Below are positions 46,450-57,184 of a stretch of 64,000 nt of DNA, piece by piece. The notes beneath the pieces are model-generated. The model was given only the letters and a program-made list of their open reading frames with translations, made no database searches and had not been told where the DNA came from. A program made the translations under genes and the position numbers. Positions within the stretch are counted from its first letter, which is position 1. Every line of letters starts with the position of its first letter. Origin of the DNA: a virus (lineage: Duplodnaviria > Caudoviricetes); the IMG/VR virus record IMGVR_UViG_3300034071_001431, positions 32,001 to 96,000 of that record, one strand, 5' to 3'.

Positions 46450-46632
46450 TTACTTATCTTGTGATGGAGTTGTATTAATATTGTGTGCTGTTATAAAATT
46501 AGACAGTGTCATTGGTTGATTTACATCTGTTACGCTTGTGATTGTATATGCTGGGTCGTTTACATCAAGTATCGCATCAGGTATCAAAGCCTCTGTGTAA
46601 TCTTGTGCTCTAATGCGATATTGTTTGATCAT
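46450..46632 (-). CDS. Small hypothetical protein
   Basis: TAATG coupling with the upstream gene. Confidence 0.55.
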   Translation of the reverse strand: MIKQYRIRAQDYTEALIPDAILDVNDPAYTITSVTDVNQPMTLSNFITAHNINTTPSQDK

Positions 46633-47018
46633 TAGTTCTTTGGCTTGTTACGCTTTGCACCAGCATTGTGCGGAACTGAACTGTTTTTATGCACATCATC
46701 ATCTTCTTTACTTTTATGATCTTTTTCAGTTTCTTCGTATTCGCTATCTACGGTTTTCATAGCAGATTTCATCATGCCGTGTTCTGCTTCTGTATATGGG
46801 CGAGCAAGGTTAAACTTCTCAACCCAACTTGATTGGTCCATTTCAACTGGTTTACCAGAACCATCTGACATTGCAGCTGCCATCATGACACGATTTAAAT
46901 TGTAAGTACGATCGTACCCACCTTTGTCACGGAATTTCCACTCACCTGTATTTGAGTTTTTAGCATTATCGGGTATTGCACCAGCATGCCCTTCAGTGAT
47001 TATTTCATTAATTTTCAC
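46632..47018 (-). CDS. Putative internal head protein
   Basis: MKINEIITE N-terminus resembles a T4 capsid targeting sequence. Confidence 0.55.
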   Translation of the reverse strand: MKINEIITEGHAGAIPDNAKNSNTGEWKFRDKGGYDRTYNLNRVMMAAAMSDGSGKPVEMDQSSWVEKFNLARPYTEAEHGMMKSAMKTVDSEYEETEKDHKSKEDDDVHKNSSVPHNAGAKRNKPKN

Positions 47019-47362
47019 TAGTGTCTACCTGTTAGTGTAGCTATTTGTTTACGCAATTGAGTTAATTCATTATCAAGTGTATCGAGTTTGTGACTGTTTG
47101 CATCAATTGCCATATCTTCGCTGTTATTTTCAATTTCTAATTGGTCAATATCTGCTTCTTCTGCATCATTTTCTGCACCAAGTGTTTTAATATCGGCCAT
47201 ACTATGTTTGTTTGATCTACGTACTAATGTAGCCAATGCACTAAGATCATCACCTTGTGCCTGCGGATATCTTGCTTTAGCAATAGTTAGCATATTTTGT
47301 GTTTCTGGGTCAACTTGACTACGTTCAGTCAGTTGCTCGATATATTCACGTAATGTTTTCAT
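47018..47362 (-). CDS. Putative internal head protein
   Basis: Start MKTLREYIEQLTE. Confidence 0.55.
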   Translation of the reverse strand: MKTLREYIEQLTERSQVDPETQNMLTIAKARYPQAQGDDLSALATLVRRSNKHSMADIKTLGAENDAEEADIDQLEIENNSEDMAIDANSHKLDTLDNELTQLRKQIATLTGRH

Positions 47363-47363
47363 T

Positions 47364-47729
47364 TTAGTATTCGCCGTCTTCTTCATCGCTAGCATTGTCT
47401 ACTAATGTTTCACGCATTGAATATACTGAACCCATTTGATGGCTATCACTAATCCATGCTTGTAACCATGGGCGAGTGTATGCTCTAACAACTCTACCTA
47501 ACTGTTCAGAATGCTCAAGTTCTCTACAGATGTTACCAGCTTGTTCCAATGCTTCTTCGAGTTGATCTAATAACTCATTGAGATGATAGTTGTCATCTTC
47601 TTCGTTAAGTTGTAGATTAACTTCTTCTGGCGGTGCAGGAAGTTGTTCATCAGCTGGTACAGTAGGATTGTTGAAGTAATTACTACTTTCAACAATCATT
47701 GCATATTTTTTTAATAAGTCTGAACTCAT
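47364..47729 (-). CDS. Hypothetical late protein
   Basis: ATGA overlap; N-terminal IVES. Confidence 0.6.
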   Translation of the reverse strand: MSSDLLKKYAMIVESSNYFNNPTVPADEQLPAPPEEVNLQLNEEDDNYHLNELLDQLEEALEQAGNICRELEHSEQLGRVVRAYTRPWLQAWISDSHQMGSVYSMRETLVDNASDEEDGEY

Positions 47730-49336
47730 TTCAACAGTCCTTTTAACATACCTGTGTATTTGTTCCAGCTTGTATCTTTTTTAGATTCAGCAACTGCCAT
47801 TGGGTTGTCGCCTGGTTGTGTAATTTTATAAGCACGTTTAGCACCGTGTAAGTCATTACCGCTTGGAATAGCAGCACCGATACTAGCAGTTTGTTCACGT
47901 GGACTATTTACATATTCTGGGTCACGTTCTTCATCAACTTCAACTTCCATTGCGCCATCGCATGGTTCTTCACTTTGTGCAACTGCAATCATTGGCATCC
48001 CAGATAATTTACGGATTAAATTAAGTGCATCTTCTTCGCCACTTGCTGTAACGTTTACGTTAATATCTTCTTTAACTGTATATTTTTTACCAGCAACTTC
48101 AAAGTCTTTAATACCAGATGCTTTAGCGGCTGCTAATGCACCACTAAATTCATTGCCTTCTTCCATTTCTGTTTCATCTATCTCAAATCTATCAGCCATG
48201 CCGTGTAAACTATCGTGTGCCGCTATATTTACTAAATCGCCGTGTTCGTTATCTAATTGTTCTAACTCACGCTCTGATAGTGGTGTACCATCTGTAAATT
48301 CTGCGTATGTTATATAAGCATCAGAGAAATCTGGCATATCTTGCAGGTTAACCCCATCAACTTCGATACTATCAACATTTACATCTTGGCCGTTAATTGA
48401 AACTGCATTGTCTGCTTCAATTACAAGCGGTGGTAGCTCTGGTGGTGCAGGTGGAAAATTATCTGCAGCAGGGGCAATTGGTGGTACAGTATTAACGGCT
48501 GGTTTTGGCAATCCAGCAAGTTTAGAAATTTCATCTAACTCTTGTGTTGCTTTACCCAATTCTTCTTCGTCTAATTCTTTTTTATAGTGATTCCATGCAT
48601 CTGGATTAGTATAGATTGGGTGATTGCGTACTGATGCGCTTTCTTTAACTAGTTTAGCTTTTGGAGCTTTGCTTAATTTAGCGGCTGAGTTTTTAACTGT
48701 ATCGCCAAAAGCCAAACCTTCTTCTACTCGACCCGGAAGTGCCTTTTCATATATATCAACTACAGGTTTAGAAGCTGTTACATTTGCTCCACGTCCAGCT
48801 GTCTTACCTTTGCCCGCTTCACCTTTACCAGCAATATGACGACTTGCTGTTGAGATTGGGTTTTTAGCATTACCTGCTGGTAATTGTTTCACTTGGCCGC
48901 CTTTCTTTTTAAAGTCCGACATAGCACCATCGTATTCGTCTTGGCTATATTCATTTAATGATTCATCTAAAACTTCTTCTTCATCTTTATCTAAGATAGC
49001 AGTTTTTTTGCTTTTGAAGTCGTCTTCGTCATCTGATTTTTGTTTGCTTCCGCCGTATTTGTCACCTTTAACTTCACGTGATTTTTTACTGTCAGCTTTC
49101 TTATCGCCCCACCAGTCGCCGGCTTCTTTTTCTGCTTTCTTGTCGGCAATGTCATCGGCTTTGCTTTCTTTAAAAGTTTTATACTTTGCTTCTAAAGCCT
49201 TAACTGCTTCTGTGATACTACCACGTGCTTCCACGCTTTCGTATACTGTAGTAGGTTGTGTGTCTGGTGTCAAGGCGGCAGTATCGGTGATTCCTTTTAA
49301 CTTGCCTAAGATGTTATAGATGTTATTGTTGCTCAT
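47726..49336 (-). CDS. Low-complexity charged late protein (scaffold/internal-head-like)
   Basis: Many (L/I/V)xE sites, K/D/E-rich. Confidence 0.55.
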   Translation of the reverse strand: MSNNNIYNILGKLKGITDTAALTPDTQPTTVYESVEARGSITEAVKALEAKYKTFKESKADDIADKKAEKEAGDWWGDKKADSKKSREVKGDKYGGSKQKSDDEDDFKSKKTAILDKDEEEVLDESLNEYSQDEYDGAMSDFKKKGGQVKQLPAGNAKNPISTASRHIAGKGEAGKGKTAGRGANVTASKPVVDIYEKALPGRVEEGLAFGDTVKNSAAKLSKAPKAKLVKESASVRNHPIYTNPDAWNHYKKELDEEELGKATQELDEISKLAGLPKPAVNTVPPIAPAADNFPPAPPELPPLVIEADNAVSINGQDVNVDSIEVDGVNLQDMPDFSDAYITYAEFTDGTPLSERELEQLDNEHGDLVNIAAHDSLHGMADRFEIDETEMEEGNEFSGALAAAKASGIKDFEVAGKKYTVKEDINVNVTASGEEDALNLIRKLSGMPMIAVAQSEEPCDGAMEVEVDEERDPEYVNSPREQTASIGAAIPSGNDLHGAKRAYKITQPGDNPMAVAESKKDTSWNKYTGMLKGLLK

Positions 49337-49340
49337 TTTA

Positions 49341-49946
49341 TTATTTTCCTTTAGATGGGCTTGGTAATTTAGTTGCTACTGAGCCCACTGGGCTTTTTGT
49401 TCCTTGTGGTAAATCATTTGTTGTTTTACCATCTGCTGATTCTTTACCAGCAATTTCAAACTTAACTTTGTTTAATTCTTTAAGAAAACTACCTTGACTA
49501 TACGCTTTACTAGCTTCAGCTGCCGATGGGCAATCTGCTTCGTATGGTTTATCAAGTACTGCTTCACCTTTTTTGAATTCACGTATTTCGCTTTCACCTG
49601 TTGCGTTCCAACGCCATACTTCTTCTGGATGATTTTTAGGAACAACTACAATATTGCTAGGCGGAATTGCTCCACGTTCTGATACAATAGCACGTAATTG
49701 CGCATCGTTTACTGGATATTTAAGCACTGCATCCATTAAGTATAACTGGCAGTTAACCAAAGCCGGAAAATCAATATCATTGGCTTTAATTGGTAAACGT
49801 TTTGGTTTACTTAAACTTTCTAAGCCGTAAGCATCAAGTGCTGATTTTAATCTATCCAATGATTCCGCTGGATCGATGTTAGCAATCTTAATTACAAACT
49901 CGTATGTTTTTTGGCTTTCAGTTAAATGTTGCAAAAAATTCTTCAT
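49341..49946 (-). CDS. Conserved late protein
   Basis: MKNFLQHLTES start; TAAATA and AAGGA upstream. Confidence 0.65.
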   Translation of the reverse strand: MKNFLQHLTESQKTYEFVIKIANIDPAESLDRLKSALDAYGLESLSKPKRLPIKANDIDFPALVNCQLYLMDAVLKYPVNDAQLRAIVSERGAIPPSNIVVVPKNHPEEVWRWNATGESEIREFKKGEAVLDKPYEADCPSAAEASKAYSQGSFLKELNKVKFEIAGKESADGKTTNDLPQGTKSPVGSVATKLPSPSKGK

Positions 49947-49988
49947 AGTTTTATATATCCTTACAGTTATTTATTCAAAATTGCTGTT

Positions 49989-50483
49989 TTAATCTGGCTT
50001 GCTTTTACCAAGTATCTGTGCTAATAGTGCATTTCTATCAAGTACTACGCCGCCATTGCCATCTATAGCACCAAGTATTTTGTCACCATCTGTTTTAGTC
50101 GCAGATTGATCTAACTTCATTTTCTTAAGTTGTAAATCAATTGTACGTATTTTTCTATCAATCTTAGCTTGCTTTGCTGTAATTGCGTGACCTAATAATG
50201 TGCCAGCTGTTTGCAGTATTGTTCCACTAAAACGTGCTTCAACGTTCATACCCAAGTCCATTAAGTCATTAAACTTTTCAGTTGCTAATTTAGCAAGTTC
50301 ATCTAACTCATTGTCTGTAGTATCAAGGTCGTTAACGTGTGGCAGTGCGGCATCTATCTTATCAATGGTAAGATCCATTTCCACGAGCATAGCTCTGTTT
50401 TCTTCGATTGTTGTGTTTGCGTCTTCTACTGTGGGTTCTTCGGTAGGAGCAAGGTTAAATAATTCTTGTAGTTTTTGTGTCAT
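49989..50483 (-). CDS. Possible terminase small subunit
   Basis: Helical 164 aa protein in the packaging/head module; gp16-like size; no diagnostic motif. Confidence 0.4.
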   Translation of the reverse strand: MTQKLQELFNLAPTEEPTVEDANTTIEENRAMLVEMDLTIDKIDAALPHVNDLDTTDNELDELAKLATEKFNDLMDLGMNVEARFSGTILQTAGTLLGHAITAKQAKIDRKIRTIDLQLKKMKLDQSATKTDGDKILGAIDGNGGVVLDRNALLAQILGKSKPD

Positions 50484-50501
50484 AGTAAACTATTTAGTAG
50501 T

Positions 50502-50933
50502 TTAACGTTTAACGTTTTTAAAAATATCAAATTCCGATACTACTCTAAAACGCATACCGTGTGCTTTAGCCCATTGATCTGCCATTGCCCACTTAGCCAT
50601 GTTGATTGCTACAGATAGTTTGTCGCGATAGCTTTTAGCCGCTTCCATTGTTGTTTCTTTACTAGGTTTGATTTCAATGAGTTCTGTGTGACGTTGCTGA
50701 TTTGCATCTAAGTAGACTACAAGAAAGTCCGGAATATATACCGTGTTCTTGCCAGTTACTGGGTTGCGATACGGAATAGTAATTGCTTCACTTGCCCAGT
50801 TGATTATAGATGGGTTGTTATCGCAAAATGACATAAAGGTAAACTCCCAACTTGATCTGTATGTTGGTAAACGTTTACCAATATATTTCTCAGGATTAGT
50901 TATTTGATATTTGCCGTTTGCGTATTTTGCCAT
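50502..50933 (-). CDS. gp4: Head completion nuclease (T4 gp4-like, TnsA fold)
   Basis: NPEKY, YRSSWE, WASE, IPY, YIPDF, IEIKP. Confidence 0.9.
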   Translation of the reverse strand: MAKYANGKYQITNPEKYIGKRLPTYRSSWEFTFMSFCDNNPSIINWASEAITIPYRNPVTGKNTVYIPDFLVVYLDANQQRHTELIEIKPSKETTMEAAKSYRDKLSVAINMAKWAMADQWAKAHGMRFRVVSEFDIFKNVKR

Positions 50934-51571
50934 TATGGAAGTATAGCACGTGCTATATATTTGTTTAGTTGCGGACTATTACTAAGCCCAAGTAAACTAG
51001 TGTTTACTCTATTTAAATTTAATAATAATGTTAAATATGCATTGAGTTCGTTTTGTTCTTGTGTGTACGATACTACAAAATAATTATATAATACTGTATC
51101 TTTATTTAATACTACTCGATCTGCTTTATAGTTAACTACTGCCACTAATTTAGAATTGCCGCCAACTGTTGGTTGTAGTTGATAAAATATATTTTGTATC
51201 GGAAGGTAAAATAATTGTCCAAAATTATAATCATTCTTATTAAGAATTAATTCCTGATATGTAGTATATGTAGAATTAATTAATATACTATCTATTGGTT
51301 CTTTATGTTCAATTATGCCGCCTTTTTTAAGAGTACGTAATTCATCAATGAATGACATTATGTCGATTCCTTGACTTGTTGCAGTATACAAAACCGATGC
51401 CGCTAAAGTTCTCCCACTATCCTTATTCCCGGTGATAGATTGAAAAAATCCAATCAACGAATCATCAATATTCTGATTAACATTTATACCAGGATTAAAA
51501 AAATTATTAAAATATTGTGTGGTGTTATCATTTACGTTGATACTAGGAGGTAAATTTCCATTTATTGTCAT
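50933..51571 (-). CDS. Hypothetical structural-module protein
   Basis: Operon context. Confidence 0.6.
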   Translation of the reverse strand: MTINGNLPPSINVNDNTTQYFNNFFNPGINVNQNIDDSLIGFFQSITGNKDSGRTLAASVLYTATSQGIDIMSFIDELRTLKKGGIIEHKEPIDSILINSTYTTYQELILNKNDYNFGQLFYLPIQNIFYQLQPTVGGNSKLVAVVNYKADRVVLNKDTVLYNYFVVSYTQEQNELNAYLTLLLNLNRVNTSLLGLSNSPQLNKYIARAILP

Positions 51572-51580
51572 ATAGGTCCT

Positions 51581-52678
51581 TTATATGATTGTACGAGAGT
51601 TAGTACTTGGTACTTGATTGCTTTGTGAATTCATATTATTGAATATCCCTGTTGTTGGTTTAATAAGGCCCGGTATTGAATTTGCAGCTTTTGATAACCC
51701 ATCAGCAATAGCACCTTGTGTAGGAACAAAAACTGTACTTTGTGTATTTTGTCCTCTAAGTATATTCATTGCAGTTTGTTTAAGTTCAGCTGATGCGGCT
51801 GATTTTAAATTCATGTTTTTAGCATTATTACCAACTCGTAATGCTGTTAATGCTGCGGCACCAAAGTTACCGCTTTGTAAATTAGTTAGGACATCGCCTG
51901 CGCCTTCTATTAGCCCACCCGGTCCCATTATACTCTGAGTACCACCACCTGCGGCAGTTAATGGACTTGGTACATTATCATAATGAGTACGTTGAAAGCC
52001 CATTACCTTACCTTGGTTAACTGACCCACTATCATATTGTACTGCTTCGTAATTTATAGTCATCGAATGTTCAAGAGTATTGTATTCCCCTTGGGTGTGC
52101 TGTCCGTGTGCAAAGTTAATGATAGTTGGGCGTATCAACGTATAACTACTAAAGCGTTTCTGATGTAGACTATAAATTCGAATTGCATTAATATAATTCG
52201 GAGTGTTACCAGCTTCGGTTGAGTTTTTTGGACTGTAACCCCAAGATTCAGATGCTCGTTTTTGATATTTGTGCATCATATTAAATTGTTGTTCTGTTTG
52301 ATCTGCATCTCTAAAATAATATTTGTAATAATTCTGCCAGAAGCCGCGAACAACATCGGCACTATCATCATGAAATGTTAATGTCAACGGATCATAGTTA
52401 ATACGTTCTTGAACTATGTTTTTTCTATTATATGCATTTAAAATTTTGTTTTGAATTGTAAACTTAGGTAGCGAAGCAGTTTTTGCCATTAGCCCAATTT
52501 CAGTTGGGTCGCCTTGTGCTACAGTTGAATTAACATCAATGAATACATGAAATAGTGCACCGGACTTCGGTCCGAGTCTATATAAACTATCAACAAAGGT
52601 TCGTGCGGCATGTTGCTGATCACGTAAATCAGGTCCTGTTGCTAGATCTGTAAAGAATTGGTTAATAAAGCCAGCCAT
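51581..52678 (-). CDS. Tail-tube-like / baseplate junction protein
   Basis: ASLPKF, YDPLTLTFHDD tail-tube fold motifs. Confidence 0.7.
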   Translation of the reverse strand: MAGFINQFFTDLATGPDLRDQQHAARTFVDSLYRLGPKSGALFHVFIDVNSTVAQGDPTEIGLMAKTASLPKFTIQNKILNAYNRKNIVQERINYDPLTLTFHDDSADVVRGFWQNYYKYYFRDADQTEQQFNMMHKYQKRASESWGYSPKNSTEAGNTPNYINAIRIYSLHQKRFSSYTLIRPTIINFAHGQHTQGEYNTLEHSMTINYEAVQYDSGSVNQGKVMGFQRTHYDNVPSPLTAAGGGTQSIMGPGGLIEGAGDVLTNLQSGNFGAAALTALRVGNNAKNMNLKSAASAELKQTAMNILRGQNTQSTVFVPTQGAIADGLSKAANSIPGLIKPTTGIFNNMNSQSNQVPSTNSRTII

Positions 52679-52760
52679 ATATGCTATCCATTTATATTAT
52701 TTATCGCCAAAAAAAAGCCCGGAAATTACCGAGCTTTTAAGTTGTTTCATTTACTAGCTA

Positions 52761-53396
52761 TTAACCAGTAATTGCACCTACGCCACCTGTTGATTTAACA
52801 AATGCTTGGCCTACTGCTGTGCCAACACCTGTACCAGTCGGAGTTTGTAATGCATTATCATAACGGATAGTTAAGCTAATAGTCATCGGATCATTTGATG
52901 AATAATCTGCGTTACCATAATCGACTGATGTTAAGAAGCAACCATACATTTCCCATGTTTCTAATGTAGTTGGCTCGCTTGCACCATTCCCGCCATCTAA
53001 TACTTCGAAGCGTGTAAGGAATTTATAATCAATACCGGTAGCTGCACTAGATTGTTCCATAAAGTCAAATTGTTTTTGTAATTGCTCACCAACACGTTTA
53101 CTAGTCTCTCCACCTGCATCATCACGTAGTTGACAATTAACTGTTTCCCACGTTGGTTTGCCTGCATAATATACACGACTGTTGTAAATTGGTATTTCAA
53201 TCGGGTCAAATGTTAAAGTCGGACGTTTAAAATCCATAACTTGTTTAGTTAACTCAGTTGATGGTTGGCTAACACCAAAATTTTCAAAAGTTACACGGAA
53301 GCGGAACTTTAATTTCGGCATCAATAGACCTTGTGCAGATGCACTTTGGTTTGTTGATAATGGTACTGTAAATTTATTTAATGATGATGTTGCCAT
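52761..53396 (-). CDS. gp19: Tail tube protein
   Basis: Follows sheath; YYAGKPTWE, WEMYGCF, LTIRYDNA. Confidence 0.85.
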   Translation of the reverse strand: MATSSLNKFTVPLSTNQSASAQGLLMPKLKFRFRVTFENFGVSQPSTELTKQVMDFKRPTLTFDPIEIPIYNSRVYYAGKPTWETVNCQLRDDAGGETSKRVGEQLQKQFDFMEQSSAATGIDYKFLTRFEVLDGGNGASEPTTLETWEMYGCFLTSVDYGNADYSSNDPMTISLTIRYDNALQTPTGTGVGTAVGQAFVKSTGGVGAITG

Positions 53397-53472
53397 CTTA
53401 TTATTCCTTTTATATATTTATCTTTTTATACACGAGTTAATGGTAGGGGTTAACTACCATTAACAGAGTATA

Positions 53473-56400
53473 TTAAAGTCCTGCTGCGATTCCGCCTGTA
53501 CCTTTTAATCTTACTGGAATGTAAATAAATTCAATTGCTTTAACTGGCTCAATTGCAATATCAATGTACAATTCGTTACGATCAATACGATCTGGTGTGT
53601 TGTTTGAAGTATCACAAACTACCAAGTAATCGTAGATACCACGTTTAGCAACAATATCATTCAATACCGCTTCAAATGCACCTTTAACTTGATTACGTGT
53701 AATTGTGTCATTTGGTTCAAATATGAACGGACGAGCAACTTTATCAAGTACTAATCGTAAGTAACATACTAGGCGTGAAACATTAACTCGGTCCATTGCA
53801 CTAGTCATCGAAGCACGAGTTTTTTGGCCATATGCAACTAAACCAACTCCTGGCAATACTGTTAATGGGTTAACACGATTTGTATATAATACATCACGTA
53901 AACCTACAGTAACACCAATGCTCTTAAATGTACTACCATCAGCTAAATCAACATAACCAATTGAACTTACATTGTCAAGTACACCGCGACGTACACCAGC
54001 TGGTGCAAACCATGGATAACTTTGATTGTCACTACGTATATATGTACGTAACATTGCATGTGAAGCTGGAACAACTACGCTATTACCATCTAAGTTTGTA
54101 GCATAACCACTTGGGTAGTAAACACCCAAATATTCACTTGTACTTACAAGACCATCTGTACCATTATCAATTGCAAAATTAGCATTACTTGCCCATGTTG
54201 TAATTGCAGTTGAACTTGAATTTAATGTTAGTGGACTATCACCGATAATAAATGCAGTTGATTTGCGATCGTTGTTTAAAGTAATCATGTTTTGAATTAA
54301 TTCTGGATAACCAGGACAAACGATTAAGTTAAACTCAACTTGTTCTTCACGTAAGTTTACGCTAGTTTCAATTGCAGATTTAAGTGCCTCAACTACAGTA
54401 TTACGTTGTGCTTTGTGTCCAAAGTATGGTACACCAGTTCCAGAATTAATTCCGCTATGGCTTATCCATGCTGCAGGAGTAAAATTTTGGCCGATGCCGT
54501 TTATGTCAGTTAAGTAATTTGATTCAAATCGTTTTACATTGTATCCACTACGACGTGTGTTAAACAATAATGTCCCACGTGCATATAGTCTGTAATCCGG
54601 TGCATCTGAGTCTAAGAAACTAACAAGTGCCATATCTGCAATACTCGGTAATGAGTCAACTATTGGATCAACTGCGGCATTTGCCCATCGTGCATCGGCA
54701 AATACTACACCATCAGTACTAACTTGATCTGTATTATCTAATAATTCCCATGTAGCACCTGTGTAACGACGAATCAATGGATAATTTTCTAAATCACTTG
54801 TATCAATCCACAAATCACCTGCTACTACCGCAGTTGTTCCATTGCTTTGTGTAGTTGGTTGACTAGCAGATAATATTGGTCCATTAACATCAGTTGCTAC
54901 TAAATTGTAACCACGTGCATCATTGCTAACAGTTCTATAACCTTTCCAGTTAGTACCATCATTGATCATAATATCTACATCAAGTGGATTATTATAATAC
55001 CACAATGTGCCATCAGCTGGATTGCTATAAGGTGCAGTATCTGAGAAAGTAAATACTAACGGAGCCCACGGACTAGCTAACCATTTAGTTGACGAAACAT
55101 AGTATACATTTGTTGGGCAAGTTGCCTGGCTTGAGCCAACTAGACCTAATGTAGTTAACGGACTGCCAGTTAATGCTGTAAATTCAATTACACCACCAGC
55201 TAAATGACTAATGCTAACGGCGCCACTGGATTCAACAGTAGCTACAATGTTTGGTATATTTTTAGATAAAATGTCTGCTACAAATGATGATGCTGTTGTA
55301 CCTGACAATTCAACTGTAACAGGAGTTTTAGCATCAGAGCCCGGAATAGATACCGCTAGGCTAAATGTATTATGTGCAGTTAATGCAGGAGGATTTGATA
55401 TACCTGTTATTTTTACTAAACCAGCAACTTGTTTTTCGTATGCTGTAAATGTAGCTGTATTATTTCCTGCTGTGTCATATTTAACGTACAATGTTCCTGC
55501 AGCAATGCCTGCACCACCACCTGTTGAATCTAAACCATAGATTGCAGTAAAATCATTATTATATAATGGTGCAGCTACTTGACTAAAGCCGACAGCTGTA
55601 GAACTGTAGCGTTTAAATGCCCATGATGCGCCATTGCCTGTTGCTGTTGTTTTAATCCATACACTACCACTTGGGCGTGTATTCGGTGCATCACTTACTC
55701 TCCATGCTGGAACATTACGATAATCACTAAATTGTACTGTTGGAGCTAATAGAGTACGTGTTATTTCTACTCCTGCCCATAATCCCAGGATTGCAGCAAG
55801 ATCAGGAGATCCTGCATCAATTTTAAGTTTACCGTCTACTGTAGAACCATTACTTTTTGCTAATCCGTTAACACGTAATTCAATGTGTCCAGCAACATTA
55901 ACTGTTGCTACTACACCAGGAATTGCGGCAGAATTAATTTGAGTTGCAACATCATCAATAAGAAGACCCGAACCGCCTAGTGTTACTGTTATCGAATTGA
56001 TAGTTAATTGTTGTCCAGCTGATACAGACGGATTCGCTTCGCTACCAACAATTGCAGGATGAGCAAGCATCCATTCATCACTACCAACCAATGTCCAAAC
56101 ATTGTCATAACGTTTGAAATATACAGGACTCGACGGATTAGCTGAGTTAACTGCATATTGCCCGATAGCACCAAACGAACTAATTGGTGCACCAGAATTT
56201 ACGCCGCCTACCAAGTATGCTGTGCTAGTAATCGATGCTGTACTTTGTCTAGTAAAACTAGCACCGTTAACAAACTCGTGTAATCCTAAGTTAGTATATG
56301 TTTGATCAAGCCAGTAAATACCATCTGATGGTGTTCCTGTTGGGCGAATGCTTGTACCTATAAGTTGATTCAAATCAACATCGGCACGTTGTACATAAAC

Positions 56401-56718
56401 TCTATTAGCTACGCCTAATGCGCTGTACGCTGCAAGTAAACCGTATTCATTTAATTCATGTGCATGGATTGGATTGCCTTGTGCATCTTGTTGGAATACT
56501 GGATAACCAAATGTGCTAATTAATTCACGTTGGCTAGTAATAGTAAGTAATTTATCAGCATTTGCAGCTGTTGTTCCAAGTGCAGTAGTACTGCTCGGAG
56601 TTAATTTATCTTGTGCTGTTGCAAGAAGAATGTAAGGTATAGTTCCAGCGGCAGTCGGAGTGTATTGACTTTCGTCTATTACGCTAACTGATACGCCTGG
56701 TGATAGTAATGCGGCCAT
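53473..56718 (-). CDS. gp18: Tail sheath protein
   Basis: LSPGVSV start, PWFAPAG.RRG, DRVNVSRL, FEPND, IEPVKAIEFIY. Confidence 0.95.
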   Translation of the reverse strand: MAALLSPGVSVSVIDESQYTPTAAGTIPYILLATAQDKLTPSSTTALGTTAANADKLLTITSQRELISTFGYPVFQQDAQGNPIHAHELNEYGLLAAYSALGVANRVYVQRADVDLNQLIGTSIRPTGTPSDGIYWLDQTYTNLGLHEFVNGASFTRQSTASITSTAYLVGGVNSGAPISSFGAIGQYAVNSANPSSPVYFKRYDNVWTLVGSDEWMLAHPAIVGSEANPSVSAGQQLTINSITVTLGGSGLLIDDVATQINSAAIPGVVATVNVAGHIELRVNGLAKSNGSTVDGKLKIDAGSPDLAAILGLWAGVEITRTLLAPTVQFSDYRNVPAWRVSDAPNTRPSGSVWIKTTATGNGASWAFKRYSSTAVGFSQVAAPLYNNDFTAIYGLDSTGGGAGIAAGTLYVKYDTAGNNTATFTAYEKQVAGLVKITGISNPPALTAHNTFSLAVSIPGSDAKTPVTVELSGTTASSFVADILSKNIPNIVATVESSGAVSISHLAGGVIEFTALTGSPLTTLGLVGSSQATCPTNVYYVSSTKWLASPWAPLVFTFSDTAPYSNPADGTLWYYNNPLDVDIMINDGTNWKGYRTVSNDARGYNLVATDVNGPILSASQPTTQSNGTTAVVAGDLWIDTSDLENYPLIRRYTGATWELLDNTDQVSTDGVVFADARWANAAVDPIVDSLPSIADMALVSFLDSDAPDYRLYARGTLLFNTRRSGYNVKRFESNYLTDINGIGQNFTPAAWISHSGINSGTGVPYFGHKAQRNTVVEALKSAIETSVNLREEQVEFNLIVCPGYPELIQNMITLNNDRKSTAFIIGDSPLTLNSSSTAITTWASNANFAIDNGTDGLVSTSEYLGVYYPSGYATNLDGNSVVVPASHAMLRTYIRSDNQSYPWFAPAGVRRGVLDNVSSIGYVDLADGSTFKSIGVTVGLRDVLYTNRVNPLTVLPGVGLVAYGQKTRASMTSAMDRVNVSRLVCYLRLVLDKVARPFIFEPNDTITRNQVKGAFEAVLNDIVAKRGIYDYLVVCDTSNNTPDRIDRNELYIDIAIEPVKAIEFIYIPVRLKGTGGIAAGL

Positions 56719-56833
56719 AGTATAGTATCCTTTTATTATATAATACTTTAAAATATTTATCAGTATTTTCAAAATATAGTCTGTTAAGGAGCCTTTGGCA
56801 AAGGTTTTAGTGCTGCGGTATGCTAAATACAGT

Positions 56834-57184
56834 ATGGAACACCGTCCTCTATGTCAAAGTTGTACTAGAAATCTATCTGCTGTCAATTATAAGCGAGATG
56901 GAGTCACTCATTACCGGACTCGTTGTAGTGGGTGTATCAGAAAAAATAGAAAATTAACTCCACAAAAACCAACTTGGGTACTTGCTGGATATAAGAAAAA
57001 GCCACACTGTGAGAAATGTGGCTTTAAGGCAAAGTATAAAGAACAACTTAGTGTATACTATGTCGATGGTAACTTAAAAAATAATGCATTACTTAATTTA
57101 CGAACAGTATGCGCTAATTGTCAAATTGCTATTGTTAAAGAAGGGCTAGGCTGGACTCAAGGCGATCTCGTTCCGGATTTCTGA
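56834..57184 (+). CDS. Zn-finger / degenerate HNH-like protein
   Basis: Four CxxC pairs; VDGNLKNN...NLRTVCANC. Confidence 0.7.
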   Translation: MEHRPLCQSCTRNLSAVNYKRDGVTHYRTRCSGCIRKNRKLTPQKPTWVLAGYKKKPHCEKCGFKAKYKEQLSVYYVDGNLKNNALLNLRTVCANCQIAIVKEGLGWTQGDLVPDF

